Assembly: GCA_046497275.1 (NCBI GenBank) | Contig: JAWOFX010000078.1 | Span: 3,024 to 67,023 of the forward strand | Origin: Promethearchaeia archaeon | Lineage (GTDB): Archaea; Asgardarchaeota; Lokiarchaeia; Sigyniarchaeales; SOKP01 | Reading direction: 5' to 3' | DNA: 64,000 bases | In this document: positions 1-11,742 of the stretch, one piece after another | How the letters are laid out: each line of letters begins with the position of its first letter | Numbering within the stretch: the stretch's first letter is position 1 | Notes under the pieces: model-generated | What the model saw: only the letters and a program-made list of their open reading frames with translations | Databases searched by the model: none | What the model was told of the DNA's origin: nothing | Made by a program: the position numbers and the translations under genes

Positions 1-37
1 AAATATTTTAATTGGAAGTTTTTTTACGATATTATTT

Positions 38-1111
38 GTGCTTTTTACGTATCAAACAACCAGAAAGCACCGTTCCGCACCTTATCTTCTCTTATCTCTA
101 TTTTTTGGAGTTCTTGGAGCTTTTTTTGCTCTTGTAGACAGTGCTAATCTTCTCCCAAACTTCACAGCTTTTAACAGAATCTATTTAATTGTAGAATTGA
201 TGTTTTATGGCTTACAATTCTTTTTCTTCTATTTATTTGTACAGGACATTTCGAGATTACATCCGCAATTATGGAGTTTAATTCTTATGTTCGCATTTTT
301 AATTATTCAGAATATGTCAGTCTGGTTAATGGTATGGTTTTCTTCATTTTCAACCACCGCAGTTGATAATCTCTGGTTATTAGCTGATATTGGATATAAT
401 AACCTAGCTATTTTTGCTTTTTGGATTATAGGTATCCCCACGTATTATAGATTATATGATTATACGAAAGAGAAAAAAACCTTAGGTTTTATCTTTGGAT
501 TGATATTAGTGGGTGGAGGATACGTAGTTGGTTCTTTAATAGATTATATTGGATTTTTCGGTACAGTTCCCAGCTGGTTGAATGAGATTAGTATCTTAGG
601 AGAGATTTTTCCATTAGTTGGATTATTGATCTTTCTGCTAACCTATATTTTGGATGTAGATTATATTTATAGATTACCTCATGACCATTATATGTTGATG
701 GTGACCTATAAAAGTGGAGTTGCTATTCACACCGTAAAATTTGATACTAAACGGGAAGTACAAATCGAGGAGAATCTTTTTTCTGGCTTCATTTCTAGTT
801 TAACTTTTGTTTTTGATAATATTCTCCAATCTATCTCTCCAATAGAAATAATATCCAGTAAAGATGCTTCCATTCTTTTACGCTCCGGAGAAAAGATTTT
901 GGTTATTATATTAACCCAACAACCAACCTCAATCTTAGCACGTGCATTGGACAGGTATATAAAAAGATTTGAAGATAAATTTAAAGATGAATTGAAAAGA
1001 GAATCTACTGAAGTAGGAAAATTCCAAGAAGCGGAGGAACTAATTAAACCAATATTTCCCTTCTTGAAAATTAAGGATAACTTGGAGAAGAAACCTACCA
1101 GAGAAATATAA
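38..1111 (+). CDS. Multi-pass (about 7 TM) membrane protein with C-terminal soluble longin/roadblock-like domain
   Basis: Seven hydrophobic segments in the N-terminal ~215 aa, then soluble MLMVTYKSGVAIHTVKF...LFSGFISSLTFVFDNIL...ILARALDRYIKRFEDKF. Confidence 0.6.
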   Translation: MLFTYQTTRKHRSAPYLLLSLFFGVLGAFFALVDSANLLPNFTAFNRIYLIVELMFYGLQFFFFYLFVQDISRLHPQLWSLILMFAFLIIQNMSVWLMVWFSSFSTTAVDNLWLLADIGYNNLAIFAFWIIGIPTYYRLYDYTKEKKTLGFIFGLILVGGGYVVGSLIDYIGFFGTVPSWLNEISILGEIFPLVGLLIFLLTYILDVDYIYRLPHDHYMLMVTYKSGVAIHTVKFDTKREVQIEENLFSGFISSLTFVFDNILQSISPIEIISSKDASILLRSGEKILVIILTQQPTSILARALDRYIKRFEDKFKDELKRESTEVGKFQEAEELIKPIFPFLKIKDNLEKKPTREI

Positions 1112-1371
1112 TAATTGTTGGAAGAAGATTTAGCATTAAATTGATTAATCAGTATAGAGCTTTTCATTGATCCTTTTTTTATTTCTCTACATAATTTGTG
1201 TTTTCTTAACTAATGTTATAGGATTATAACAGCATATTATTTTTTCTAGTAAAAAATCGAAAAAATTAATTAATGATTGATCTTATTTACTAAATAGAAT
1301 GATCAAAGTCAATTACATAGTGTAAGGGGATAAAAATTATAGATGCAATTGATAAAAAAATATTAGAAGAA

Positions 1372-1758
1372 TTGGAAAAAGACGGACGACAATCGTATAG
1401 TGAGATTGGGGATATTGTTGGTCGCACGGAAGCTACGGTGAGACGAAGAGTGAAAAAGATGTTGAAAAAGGATATTATTCAGAAATTTACTATTGAATAT
1501 GAAGTTAATTCTAAACCAAAAGTAAGAGCAACTGTTAAGATTGAGCCGGATTACAAGAAAATCAAGACCATTATGAAAAGTTTAAAAGAAATTGAGGAGA
1601 TAACAGATATATGGAGATTATCAGGCGATTGTGGGTTATTTATTCTTGTTGAAATTCCTTCGATAGAAAAATTTAATCCATTAATTGAGGGCAAAATCTC
1701 TCAAATTGACGGAATAAAGATCATTGAAACTTGTTTTATTACTGATGTCATTAAATAA
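1372..1758 (+). CDS. Lrp/AsnC family transcriptional regulator (start codon uncertain; frame open from 1321)
   Basis: HTH RQSYSEIGDIVGRTEATVRRRVKKM and C-terminal RAM-like domain; upstream in-frame DAIDKKILEEL matches the usual Lrp N-terminus. Confidence 0.8.
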   Translation: MEKDGRQSYSEIGDIVGRTEATVRRRVKKMLKKDIIQKFTIEYEVNSKPKVRATVKIEPDYKKIKTIMKSLKEIEEITDIWRLSGDCGLFILVEIPSIEKFNPLIEGKISQIDGIKIIETCFITDVIK

Positions 1759-1850
1759 GAATAATTCATTTGAAGCAGAAAAAAGACCCTTTTGATACCA
1801 AAAGGAGATTGTTAACTATCTTAATTTTAATACACTTATTCTCACTATTT

Positions 1851-2477
1851 TTAATTTATTCGTTTGAATATATAATCGTTTGCCGTTTTTGTATAGCCTA
1901 CTCCGTGATTATGGGCTTCCATATACTTTTCGGTTATTTCAATATTTTTCTTTGGAATAAAATAAGCATCTAAATTCCGAGTAGAAAGATTGAATTTATT
2001 ACTTCGCTTATGAATCACAGCAATAAACTCATAGTCAGGCATTATTGATGCCATACTAGCATCCCCATGACTATTATTCACTACTAAAATACCACCAATT
2101 TTTAAGTACCGTTTGCAAGCTCGGGATACAAACCCTGCGTACTGCGATATTAACAAATCAAAAGTTTTCTCTTCTAATGGAAGATTTTTAGTATAATCTC
2201 CATATTCATAAGTATAATATGGTTCTTCAGAATAAAACTTTCTTTTATTTATATATTCAAATAAGCCATCTGAATCGTAAAATGATTCCAACTTCTTATA
2301 TAAATCATTAAATATTACATATGGAAATACGAAAATTGGCGTAATATGTGCATAACTTCCGGGATATAGCACCTTTTTAATGGTAAATTCCTCATTAAGC
2401 CGCTCGAATAACCCTAGGCGTTCATCATCTTTATCAATATGATTTTTTTTGTAGAGGTTTATATCACTATCTTTCAT
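1851..2477 (-). CDS. SAM-dependent methyltransferase-like protein (C-terminal half of the fold recognisable)
   Basis: LPLEEKTFDLLISQYAGFVSRACKRYLKIGGILVVNN motif. Confidence 0.5.
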   Translation of the reverse strand: MKDSDINLYKKNHIDKDDERLGLFERLNEEFTIKKVLYPGSYAHITPIFVFPYVIFNDLYKKLESFYDSDGLFEYINKRKFYSEEPYYTYEYGDYTKNLPLEEKTFDLLISQYAGFVSRACKRYLKIGGILVVNNSHGDASMASIMPDYEFIAVIHKRSNKFNLSTRNLDAYFIPKKNIEITEKYMEAHNHGVGYTKTANDYIFKRIN

Positions 2478-2609
2478 TTTCTTAGGTAGAGAATCATGGA
2501 CTTATTTAAATTTTATAAGTTTTAAAATATAAATTGCGAAGTTCCAACTTGCAACATATGATTCTCATATTACACTGATTTTTGGATAGAAATTTATTTT
2601 TTTAAAACT

Positions 2610-3065
2610 ATGAAGAAAATAGCTAATGTATCAATAAATTCTGAATTTGCTGATAATTATGATTCTTGTGTGTATATGTTAAAATGTTATAAAAATAAAA
2701 GGGCTTTAGAGGAAAAGAATGGCGATTTTTTATATTATACCGATATGACTGAAGATCCTGAAACACGATTAGAAGAACATATTAAAAAGAGAGACATTTA
2801 CACAAAACGATTTAAGGGAAATATTGAAGTAAGTTACGTAGAGTTATATAAGGATCTTGTGGCTGCACAAAAAAGAAAGGAACAGCTAAAAAAGTTGAGA
2901 AGAGATGAAAAGGGATCATTAGCAAATAAAAAAATTGCTGGAATATGCGATAAGTGTAATGAGGAGATGATAAAGACGGTTATGATTGACAATAAGGGAA
3001 CAAGAAGAGAAATTCTTCAATGTACCGGTTGTAAATTTTGGAAATTCTCCCCTTTTAAGTTTTAA
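2610..3065 (+). CDS. Divergent GIY-YIG-like protein with C-terminal zinc ribbon
   Basis: VYMLKC...FLYYTDMTEDPETRLEEH...YTKRFKG...VELYKDLVAAQKRKEQLKKL, then CDKC...CTGC. Confidence 0.55.
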   Translation: MKKIANVSINSEFADNYDSCVYMLKCYKNKRALEEKNGDFLYYTDMTEDPETRLEEHIKKRDIYTKRFKGNIEVSYVELYKDLVAAQKRKEQLKKLRRDEKGSLANKKIAGICDKCNEEMIKTVMIDNKGTRREILQCTGCKFWKFSPFKF

Positions 3066-3169
3066 TCCTCTTTGAAATTGTTGCTTTCTTTTTTCTTTTT
3101 CAATAAATAAAATAATCTTTTTAGAAATATCTTAGAAGTTTAAGGAAAAGAGAAAAGAAAAAAATTTAA

Positions 3170-3481
3170 TTATTGATTTTCAATTTTAATCATTGGAAGA
3201 GTTAATCTCTCTTCATGGCATTTCGGACACTTGGAAGGAATCCGTATTTCTCCGCTATTTAATGAGAATTCATATCCGCAATTCATACAGACAGGGGGTT
3301 TCACATAAATTTTTTTTCCGTTTCGTTTCAAATTTCTTAAGATAAAATTAAAATCTTGGATCAATGAATTAATATCAGTATATTTCAAGTCTCTCATAAT
3401 GTCTTTTATATGATACTCTCCTTCTGAATCAATTAAGTGATCGTACAATTTTTCCCGACTGGTTTGCCATTCTTCAGACAT
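3170..3481 (-). CDS. Predicted transcriptional regulator with HTH and C2C2 zinc ribbon
   Basis: CMNCGYEF...CPKCHEERL after a helical N-terminal domain. Confidence 0.6.
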   Translation of the reverse strand: MSEEWQTSREKLYDHLIDSEGEYHIKDIMRDLKYTDINSLIQDFNFILRNLKRNGKKIYVKPPVCMNCGYEFSLNSGEIRIPSKCPKCHEERLTLPMIKIENQ

Positions 3482-3620
3482 TTTTAATATCCCTCCTTAT
3501 ATAGTGAATTTGGATTCTAGGTACGGTCTTAATATATCGATTTAAAATAATAAATCTTGTCCTTACAAAATAAAAGTGGAAAATAGTAGAATTTCAGTTA
3601 TTAGGATTTTGCAGAATTCA

Positions 3621-4082
3621 TCAGATTTGGTTCTTTGAATCAGGTTCTAGAATTGATAATAGGAACATCATAAGAGCTAAAGGAATTGCGATATAATTCC
3701 ATACAGCACCTGGAGCGATTCCAGTGGTCTCAAATGGTTTGATTAATCCAACAATAATACGCATTATATACTCAGCAATAATTAAAATATACATCAATGG
3801 TATTAAGTTTTTATAACGAAAGAAAACGATAAGATATATAATCGCCATTAAAAGCTGTGAGCTTCCCCACAAAGCAAATATCGAAATAATGATTTCCGCA
3901 CCCTCAACACCCAAATCTATGGTGGCAATTGAGCCAGCACCACCATCAGGGGCCAAAAAATGAATTAAACTCCTAATGATGGTAACAATTGTTAAAATTA
4001 AAAAAATGATTTCCGCTACTTTATAGCCTTTATAATCATTTTCTGCTTTTTCAGGAAGGATTTTACTGGTAAGTGTTGACAT
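3621..4082 (-). CDS. Four-TM integral membrane protein, unknown function
   Basis: Four hydrophobic segments. Confidence 0.55.
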   Translation of the reverse strand: MSTLTSKILPEKAENDYKGYKVAEIIFLILTIVTIIRSLIHFLAPDGGAGSIATIDLGVEGAEIIISIFALWGSSQLLMAIIYLIVFFRYKNLIPLMYILIIAEYIMRIIVGLIKPFETTGIAPGAVWNYIAIPLALMMFLLSILEPDSKNQI

Positions 4083-4178
4083 TTTATTTTCTCTTGATAC
4101 ATTTTTTTATGTAACATATTCAATTTCAATTTTCTATGATTTTGATGTACTAGTTTATTGTTTTTTTTGCAGTTAAAA

Positions 4179-4757
4179 TCATAATTCTCTTTTTTCCATA
4201 GGTGGGACATAATATATTATTGGGTTTGTCCCTAAATCTTCTTTTAATCTAAATACTTCTTTTTCCGATATAATTCTTGACACTTTACTATTAGAATCAT
4301 TAAAATCTCCGAAATATATTGCTTGTCCTTCGCAACAGATCACACAGAAGGGTTCTAATCCTTGGTCAATACGATGAGCGCATAAATTGCATTTTTCTGC
4401 TAAACTTTCCTTTTCATTAAAATAGATTACACCGTATGGACATGCATCCACACAAGTTCTACAGCCATCACATAGATCATCATCAATTATTACAATACCA
4501 TCCTCTCGTTTATATATCGCGTTAACCGGACACGCTTTAAGGCAAGGAGGATTCTCACAATGATTGCATAGTTTTGGGATCCACGATATTCGCAAGTTGG
4601 GGAAGTTACCGCTTGGGACATCTTTCAAAGCAGAATCAGTTGTATCTACTATAATAAATCCTACATCTGCATTATGTTCAATCCTACATGCAACAGTACA
4701 CGCATCACATCCAATGCATCGTTCTTGATCTATTACAAAACCAAATCTTTTACTCAT
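4179..4757 (-). CDS. Molybdopterin oxidoreductase iron-sulfur (beta) subunit, four [4Fe-4S]-type motifs
   Basis: CIGCDACTVAC, CNHCENPPCLKACP, CDGCRTCVDACP, CNLCAHR...CVICC. Confidence 0.88.
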   Translation of the reverse strand: MSKRFGFVIDQERCIGCDACTVACRIEHNADVGFIIVDTTDSALKDVPSGNFPNLRISWIPKLCNHCENPPCLKACPVNAIYKREDGIVIIDDDLCDGCRTCVDACPYGVIYFNEKESLAEKCNLCAHRIDQGLEPFCVICCEGQAIYFGDFNDSNSKVSRIISEKEVFRLKEDLGTNPIIYYVPPMEKREL

Positions 4758-7015
4758 TTTTCTCCCTCCTCTAATTTTTGAATACCTACCGCTACATCAT
4801 TCATATGCATATTTGGCTCATAAATTTTATTTTGTACGGGGTTGATAATATCATGCGTTAGATGATTAACACTCCCTTCTCGAAATTGATCAAACCACCA
4901 CCCTTCCATTATATTAATAACTCTAGGACGAACCGCATCAGAAACTTTCGCTTTTAGAACAGTTTTTGCTCGTTCATTAAACACTGATACCATATCTCCT
5001 GAGGAAATTCCTAGTTGTTTTGCATCGTTGGGATTGATCTCAACTACTGGCTCAGGTTCTATTTTCAGTAGAGAATCTACATTTGCATAACTGGAATGGG
5101 TGCGGAATCTGCTATGTCCTTGTACGAATGTATAGGGATATTTATGTTCTCCTGATTCAATGGGAGCCTCTATTGGGGGCAAATATACGGGAAGAGCTTG
5201 TCCATCTTCTACTAGTTGTTCAGCATAAATTTCAATTTTGCCAGAAGGAGTTCCAAATGTAAGCGGAAATTCACCCCCTTCTGGAATTTCTCGTAAATAC
5301 ATTGCCTTATCCTTTAAAGCGTCTCTGGAATAATCTTTCAGAGAGGGATGATCCATCATCAAATCAATAAAACCCTCTTCACCACCCTTAAAATACTCTC
5401 CATAACCTAATTTCTGAGCTATGCCTGTGGCAATATCCACATCAGACTTTGACTCATATAATGGTTCGATAACTTTTTGTTGAAGTTGGACATATGGATA
5501 TGGATGTGGAAGAAAATCAGAAAATTCTAAAAAACTACAAACTGGTAGAACCAAATCTGCATATTTCGCATTTGGTGTCATAAATAATTCAGTTTGAACT
5601 ATAAATTCTAATTGGGGGAAAAATTCATCCCGAATTTTAGTTGAATGCGCACATTGATTTATGAAGTTGATAAACGCAAATAAGACCGCTTTTATAGGAT
5701 ATGGTTTTTCGTTAATCACTGCATCATAGAGATTTAAAATACCTAATCTATGATAACTTGGCGTCTCTGGATCAGCATTTAAAAATGGGTCCCAATTCAG
5801 AACAGCAGGTAGATAACCAGAACGGAAGCTCGTAGCGACATTGCCAGTCACACTTGCAACAGTTGCTAATCCACGTAAAGAGATGTCTCCATGGTAGGTT
5901 CTTGTAAAACCCATATACGTAAAGAATGTTACATTCTTCTCTGTACCTATCTTCTTCGCAAGAGTGATTATTTTATCTTCTGAAAGTCCAGTAAGTTGAA
6001 CAGTTTTTTCAGGTGTATATTTTTCTGCCTCCTCCATTAAAAGGTGGAATGCTGGTTTACATTCAATTCCATCAATATTGTAAGTACCTGTAATAACTGC
6101 ATCCTTATTCGATCTCCTCACTTTTTTTGCTTGATTTGACTTTTCATTCCATATGATATAGGCGTTCGCTTTCCGCTCTCCGATATCTTTACCTCGCAAA
6201 AATTTATTGTTGTCTAATCTTACTAAATAAGATCCATTTGTATGTTCCTTAATAAAATCTATATCATGTAGATTATTTTTAAAAATAATATTCAGTAAAC
6301 CAAGAGCAAGAGCCGGGTCTGTTGCAGGTTTGATGGGAAGAAATTCGTCTGCCTTCGATGCAGTCACAGTGAAACGAGGATCTATAACGACCAGTTTAGT
6401 TCCCTCTTGCTTTGCATCCAGAATTTTTCGCATGGATTGCAATGGTGCTGACTCTCCCGGATTCGTACCCCATACAATTAAGAGATTTGGCCATTTTCTT
6501 TGCCAAAACTTCCCAAAAAGATAAATATACGGTAAATGACTCCCAAAAATTACACGACTACCGCATGGAAGTCCCGCATCACCATAGCCCCAGGCACTCA
6601 CCCGTGTTGATTGAGTGAGACTTGCAAGCCTTAAATAGGCGCCGAATTTTGTGGTACCTGCTCCCGGACCTCCCAATACCCATCCAATGGATCTCCAGCC
6701 ATATTTATCCGCTATTTCTCTAAATTTAGTAGCGATAAGATTAAAGGCTTCATCCCAAGAAATCCTTTCAAATTTTCCTTCACCTCGTTTTCCAATTCGT
6801 TTCATAGGATATTTAATTCGATCTGGATGATAGGTAATATCTAAAGTAGAAAGCCCTCGAAGACATATTCGTTTATCTTTCTCATAAGGAAAATCGGCTG
6901 GTTCTAGCTTGATAACTTTTCTATCCTTTACATGGGCTAAAATTCCACAGCAGTCAATACCACAGTGTGCGGGACAGGCAGTTCTTATGATTTTAATATT
7001 CTCTTTTTCATTCAT
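4754..7015 (-). CDS. Molybdopterin (Mo/W) oxidoreductase catalytic subunit, DMSO reductase superfamily
   Basis: N-terminal CPAHCGIDCCGILAHV...CLRG, RFERISWDEAFNLIATKF, WGTNPGESAP, C-terminal molydopterin dinucleotide-binding region; overlaps beta subunit by 4 nt. Confidence 0.9.
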   Translation of the reverse strand: MNEKENIKIIRTACPAHCGIDCCGILAHVKDRKVIKLEPADFPYEKDKRICLRGLSTLDITYHPDRIKYPMKRIGKRGEGKFERISWDEAFNLIATKFREIADKYGWRSIGWVLGGPGAGTTKFGAYLRLASLTQSTRVSAWGYGDAGLPCGSRVIFGSHLPYIYLFGKFWQRKWPNLLIVWGTNPGESAPLQSMRKILDAKQEGTKLVVIDPRFTVTASKADEFLPIKPATDPALALGLLNIIFKNNLHDIDFIKEHTNGSYLVRLDNNKFLRGKDIGERKANAYIIWNEKSNQAKKVRRSNKDAVITGTYNIDGIECKPAFHLLMEEAEKYTPEKTVQLTGLSEDKIITLAKKIGTEKNVTFFTYMGFTRTYHGDISLRGLATVASVTGNVATSFRSGYLPAVLNWDPFLNADPETPSYHRLGILNLYDAVINEKPYPIKAVLFAFINFINQCAHSTKIRDEFFPQLEFIVQTELFMTPNAKYADLVLPVCSFLEFSDFLPHPYPYVQLQQKVIEPLYESKSDVDIATGIAQKLGYGEYFKGGEEGFIDLMMDHPSLKDYSRDALKDKAMYLREIPEGGEFPLTFGTPSGKIEIYAEQLVEDGQALPVYLPPIEAPIESGEHKYPYTFVQGHSRFRTHSSYANVDSLLKIEPEPVVEINPNDAKQLGISSGDMVSVFNERAKTVLKAKVSDAVRPRVINIMEGWWFDQFREGSVNHLTHDIINPVQNKIYEPNMHMNDVAVGIQKLEEGEK

Positions 7016-7193
7016 TCTAAATACTCTAGAATTATGATTTAAAACCTATAATAATGGATTGTAAAATAATCTTCAATAATTAAATTCTATGATTTAATTT
7101 TAATGGGGAGAGTTAAAAATATTTATTGGTTCAATGATAATTAAATGATTTTGTTTATTTATTATAGAATAAGTTCATAATGATGTCTTAATC

Positions 7194-7451
7194 TTATTCT
7201 TCCGAAGTACGCACTAATTTTTGTCCGTGTAAATCATATGCATCCGATGCCACCGCTTTTAATGCTTCCTCAATCCCCTCTCCAGTTTTTGCCGATATTT
7301 CGAACGCTCCACAAGCACCGATTCTTTTAGCGAGTATTGTTCCCTCTTCTTCTGAATAAACTCTTAATTCACCTAAATCGCATTTGTTTCCTATCAGAAT
7401 GAATAAAATCTCATTACTACTCTTTATAATAAAACAGCTTTTAGAAAACAA
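7194..7451 (-). pseudogene. C-terminal remnant of a Ras/Rab-like small GTPase lacking P-loop and G3
   Basis: Retains G4 (IGNKCDL) and G5 (ISAKTGEG) motifs only, 85 aa; no GxxxxGKS/T or DTAGxE found in the upstream 170 nt. Confidence 0.75.
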
Positions 7452-7618
7452 GAATAATCTTTTTTAATAATAATTATCAATTAGTATTCAGTCTTTAATA
7501 GAAATGGTTATTGATTATATTTTATAAAATCAATGGTTAAAAATTAAACTAACCTAGTTTAACAATAATCAAAATTCTATTTAGTACTATTTTTAAAAAA
7601 ACCAAATTTAAAAGATGA

Positions 7619-9814
<2,196 letters not shown>

Positions 9815-9863
9815 TTTAATCTTAAAATTTTTTTTATTTTTAATTAGAAATATTGTAAAAATA

Positions 9864-10307
9864 ATGACGCCTGCAGATAAATTGGAAAAGAAGAAAATAG
9901 AAGTTTCTTCTAAAGAATCAAAGATATCTAAGAGTAAAGTTAAAAGAGTATTATATTATATAGCAGGAACTTTTTTTTTATCCTTAGGGATTATCGGCAT
10001 TATTTTACCCATTCTTCCGACCACACCATTTCTCTTATTATCCGCTGCTTGTTATGTACGAAGTTCAGAAAAAGCCTATAATTGGCTAATTCATAATAAA
10101 ATATTCGGTAAAATTATCCGAGATTATAGAGAAGGAAGGGGATTGCCTACAAAAATTAAGGTAATAACGATTATATTTTTATGGATAACAATTTTCATTT
10201 CAATTCTATTTATCACTATATTTTGGGTTCAAATATTATTAATCATCATTGCGAGTCTCGTCTCAATCCATATAGTTCTTATAAAACCAAAATCTCAGCA
10301 AAAATAA
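9864..10307 (+). CDS. DUF454 (YbaN-like) inner membrane protein
   Basis: GTFFLSLGIIGIILPILPTTPFLLLSAACYVRSSEKAYNWL...FGKIIRDYREGRGLP. Confidence 0.85.
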   Translation: MTPADKLEKKKIEVSSKESKISKSKVKRVLYYIAGTFFLSLGIIGIILPILPTTPFLLLSAACYVRSSEKAYNWLIHNKIFGKIIRDYREGRGLPTKIKVITIIFLWITIFISILFITIFWVQILLIIIASLVSIHIVLIKPKSQQK

Positions 10308-10667
10308 GAAACTCTTTCTGGAAAAACTATTATTGTATCTTCAATGGTATGCTAAGAATTTCGTGTTATTTATTGTTTCAGACAAGTAGGATTCCAATAT
10401 CGAATAATTTTACAATTGTAATAATATTGATATAGACTTTAGTCCTCAAACAATAAAAAAATATTTTTCTTAGAGTGGTTAAGAGTTTCGAGTTCTTTCT
10501 TCAATTAAAGTTTTTACATGCTCTGCAAATCGCTTCTCTATATTTCCGTTCCAAAATTTTTCTTAGTATGGGAATTCATGATAAAATGAACTTTATTGAT
10601 TAAACAGAGAGGGTAGTTTATAAATGAAATTATTTAAAAATGAAATCTATAAAAAAAAATAACACAA

Positions 10668-10739
10668 GTAGTGAGAAAATTAGTATTTCTTACCAGACTT
10701 ATTCTGGTCTGAAAAACCCAATTCAAAACAACTCACTAC
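10668..10739. ncRNA. Candidate structured element, copy 1
   Basis: Outer stem GTAGTGAG/CTCACTAC and inner hairpin ACCAGA-CTTAT-TCTGGT, shared core with copy 2; strand undetermined. Confidence 0.4.
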
Positions 10740-10847
10740 CCTAAACCCAAATTTATACCAAAAAGGTACAGATTTCTGTTATAATAATCGTGAAATTTAT
10801 CACATTTAAATTTAAGTGATGTAATAGTTTTTAAGAATGAGAAACAT

Positions 10848-10921
10848 GTAGTGAAAATAAAATAGTATTCTTACCAGACTTGCTCCGGTCCGAATTACTC
10901 AATTCACGGTTAAAACACTAC
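10848..10921. ncRNA. Candidate structured element, copy 2
   Basis: Outer stem GTAGTG/CACTAC and core AGTATTCTTACCAGACTTGCTCCGGTCCGAA...CTCAATTCA similar to copy 1; strand undetermined. Confidence 0.4.
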
Positions 10922-10931
10922 AAAAACCAAA

Positions 10932-10960
10932 AAATCCGTATCAAAAAATTACACGGATTT
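10932..10960. repeat. Inverted repeat AAATCCGT-n13-ACGGATTT following copy 2
   Basis: Perfect 8-bp stem read directly. Confidence 0.6.
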
Positions 10961-11245
10961 ACTTATTATTAAAATGTGATTCAAACCTTTTAAATTTAAA
11001 CTATATAGATTATAGAAATTTTTATAGTTTACTTTCAGATCTAAAGAATTCTGTAAAATATCCTCATAAAGGTAGAGGTGAATCCAAATCATCAATTTAT
11101 GAAGCTTCCTACTTTATGAAATCCAATTGATAGATAAACCAATGACAATATATTCTACTATCAATTTAAGAGCCGGTTTCTTTCGCCCATTTTTTTGGTC
11201 TTACAAAATGGATAATCTAAAAATCAGTTTATAATAAAAAAAATT

Positions 11246-11587
11246 TTATTTAAGCTTTTCAAAAAGCACTTGAAATTCTTTTTTAGCTTTAGATAATCCT
11301 AGTTGATCTAATAATTTTAAGGACTTCTCGTTAAGTTTATAAAAAGATCTATCTTCGGAGCGTTTATAATCATTCTTTTTTATGTTTTTAATTAAATTAT
11401 GTTCTTTTAGTATACTGAGATGATAATGAAGAGAATTGTCTTGAATAGATGGTAACAAGGATTTCAATTGACTAAAGGATAGGGGTTTTTCACTTGCAAA
11501 GAGAGTAAGCAAAATCTTATATCGTGTCTTTTCAGATATGAGCTCTAATTCTTTTCTTAAATCTTTGTAATTTTGTGGGATATTCAT
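11246..11587 (-). CDS. ArsR-like winged helix transcriptional regulator
   Basis: EKTRYKILLTLFASEKPLSFSQLKSLLPSIQDNSLHYHLSILKEHNLI. Confidence 0.75.
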   Translation of the reverse strand: MNIPQNYKDLRKELELISEKTRYKILLTLFASEKPLSFSQLKSLLPSIQDNSLHYHLSILKEHNLIKNIKKNDYKRSEDRSFYKLNEKSLKLLDQLGLSKAKKEFQVLFEKLK

Positions 11588-11742
11588 ATGCTCACCTTTT
11601 TAATTTATTTTTATCGTTTCTTGACATGATATGAAAGTAAAATATCTATTTAAATCTAACTCAAATCTCATTGAGTCAATGCAATTTGAAACATTATAAA
11701 TTATAATAAGCTATTGGGTTTTTATTATATTTTTCATACATA

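Noticed and set aside
727-1167. 146-aa minus ORF inside the first gene
   Set aside because: Antisense shadow ORF of the membrane protein coding sequence.
1770-1973. 67-aa plus-strand ORF
   Set aside because: Overlaps the better supported 1851-2477 minus gene; AT-rich hydrophobic composition is common by chance.
6330-6618. Two plus-strand ORFs (6330-6524, 6412-6618)
   Set aside because: Antisense to the molybdopterin oxidoreductase gene.
10181-10435. 84-aa ORF overlapping the DUF454 gene
   Set aside because: Out-of-frame overlap, low-complexity hydrophobic translation.
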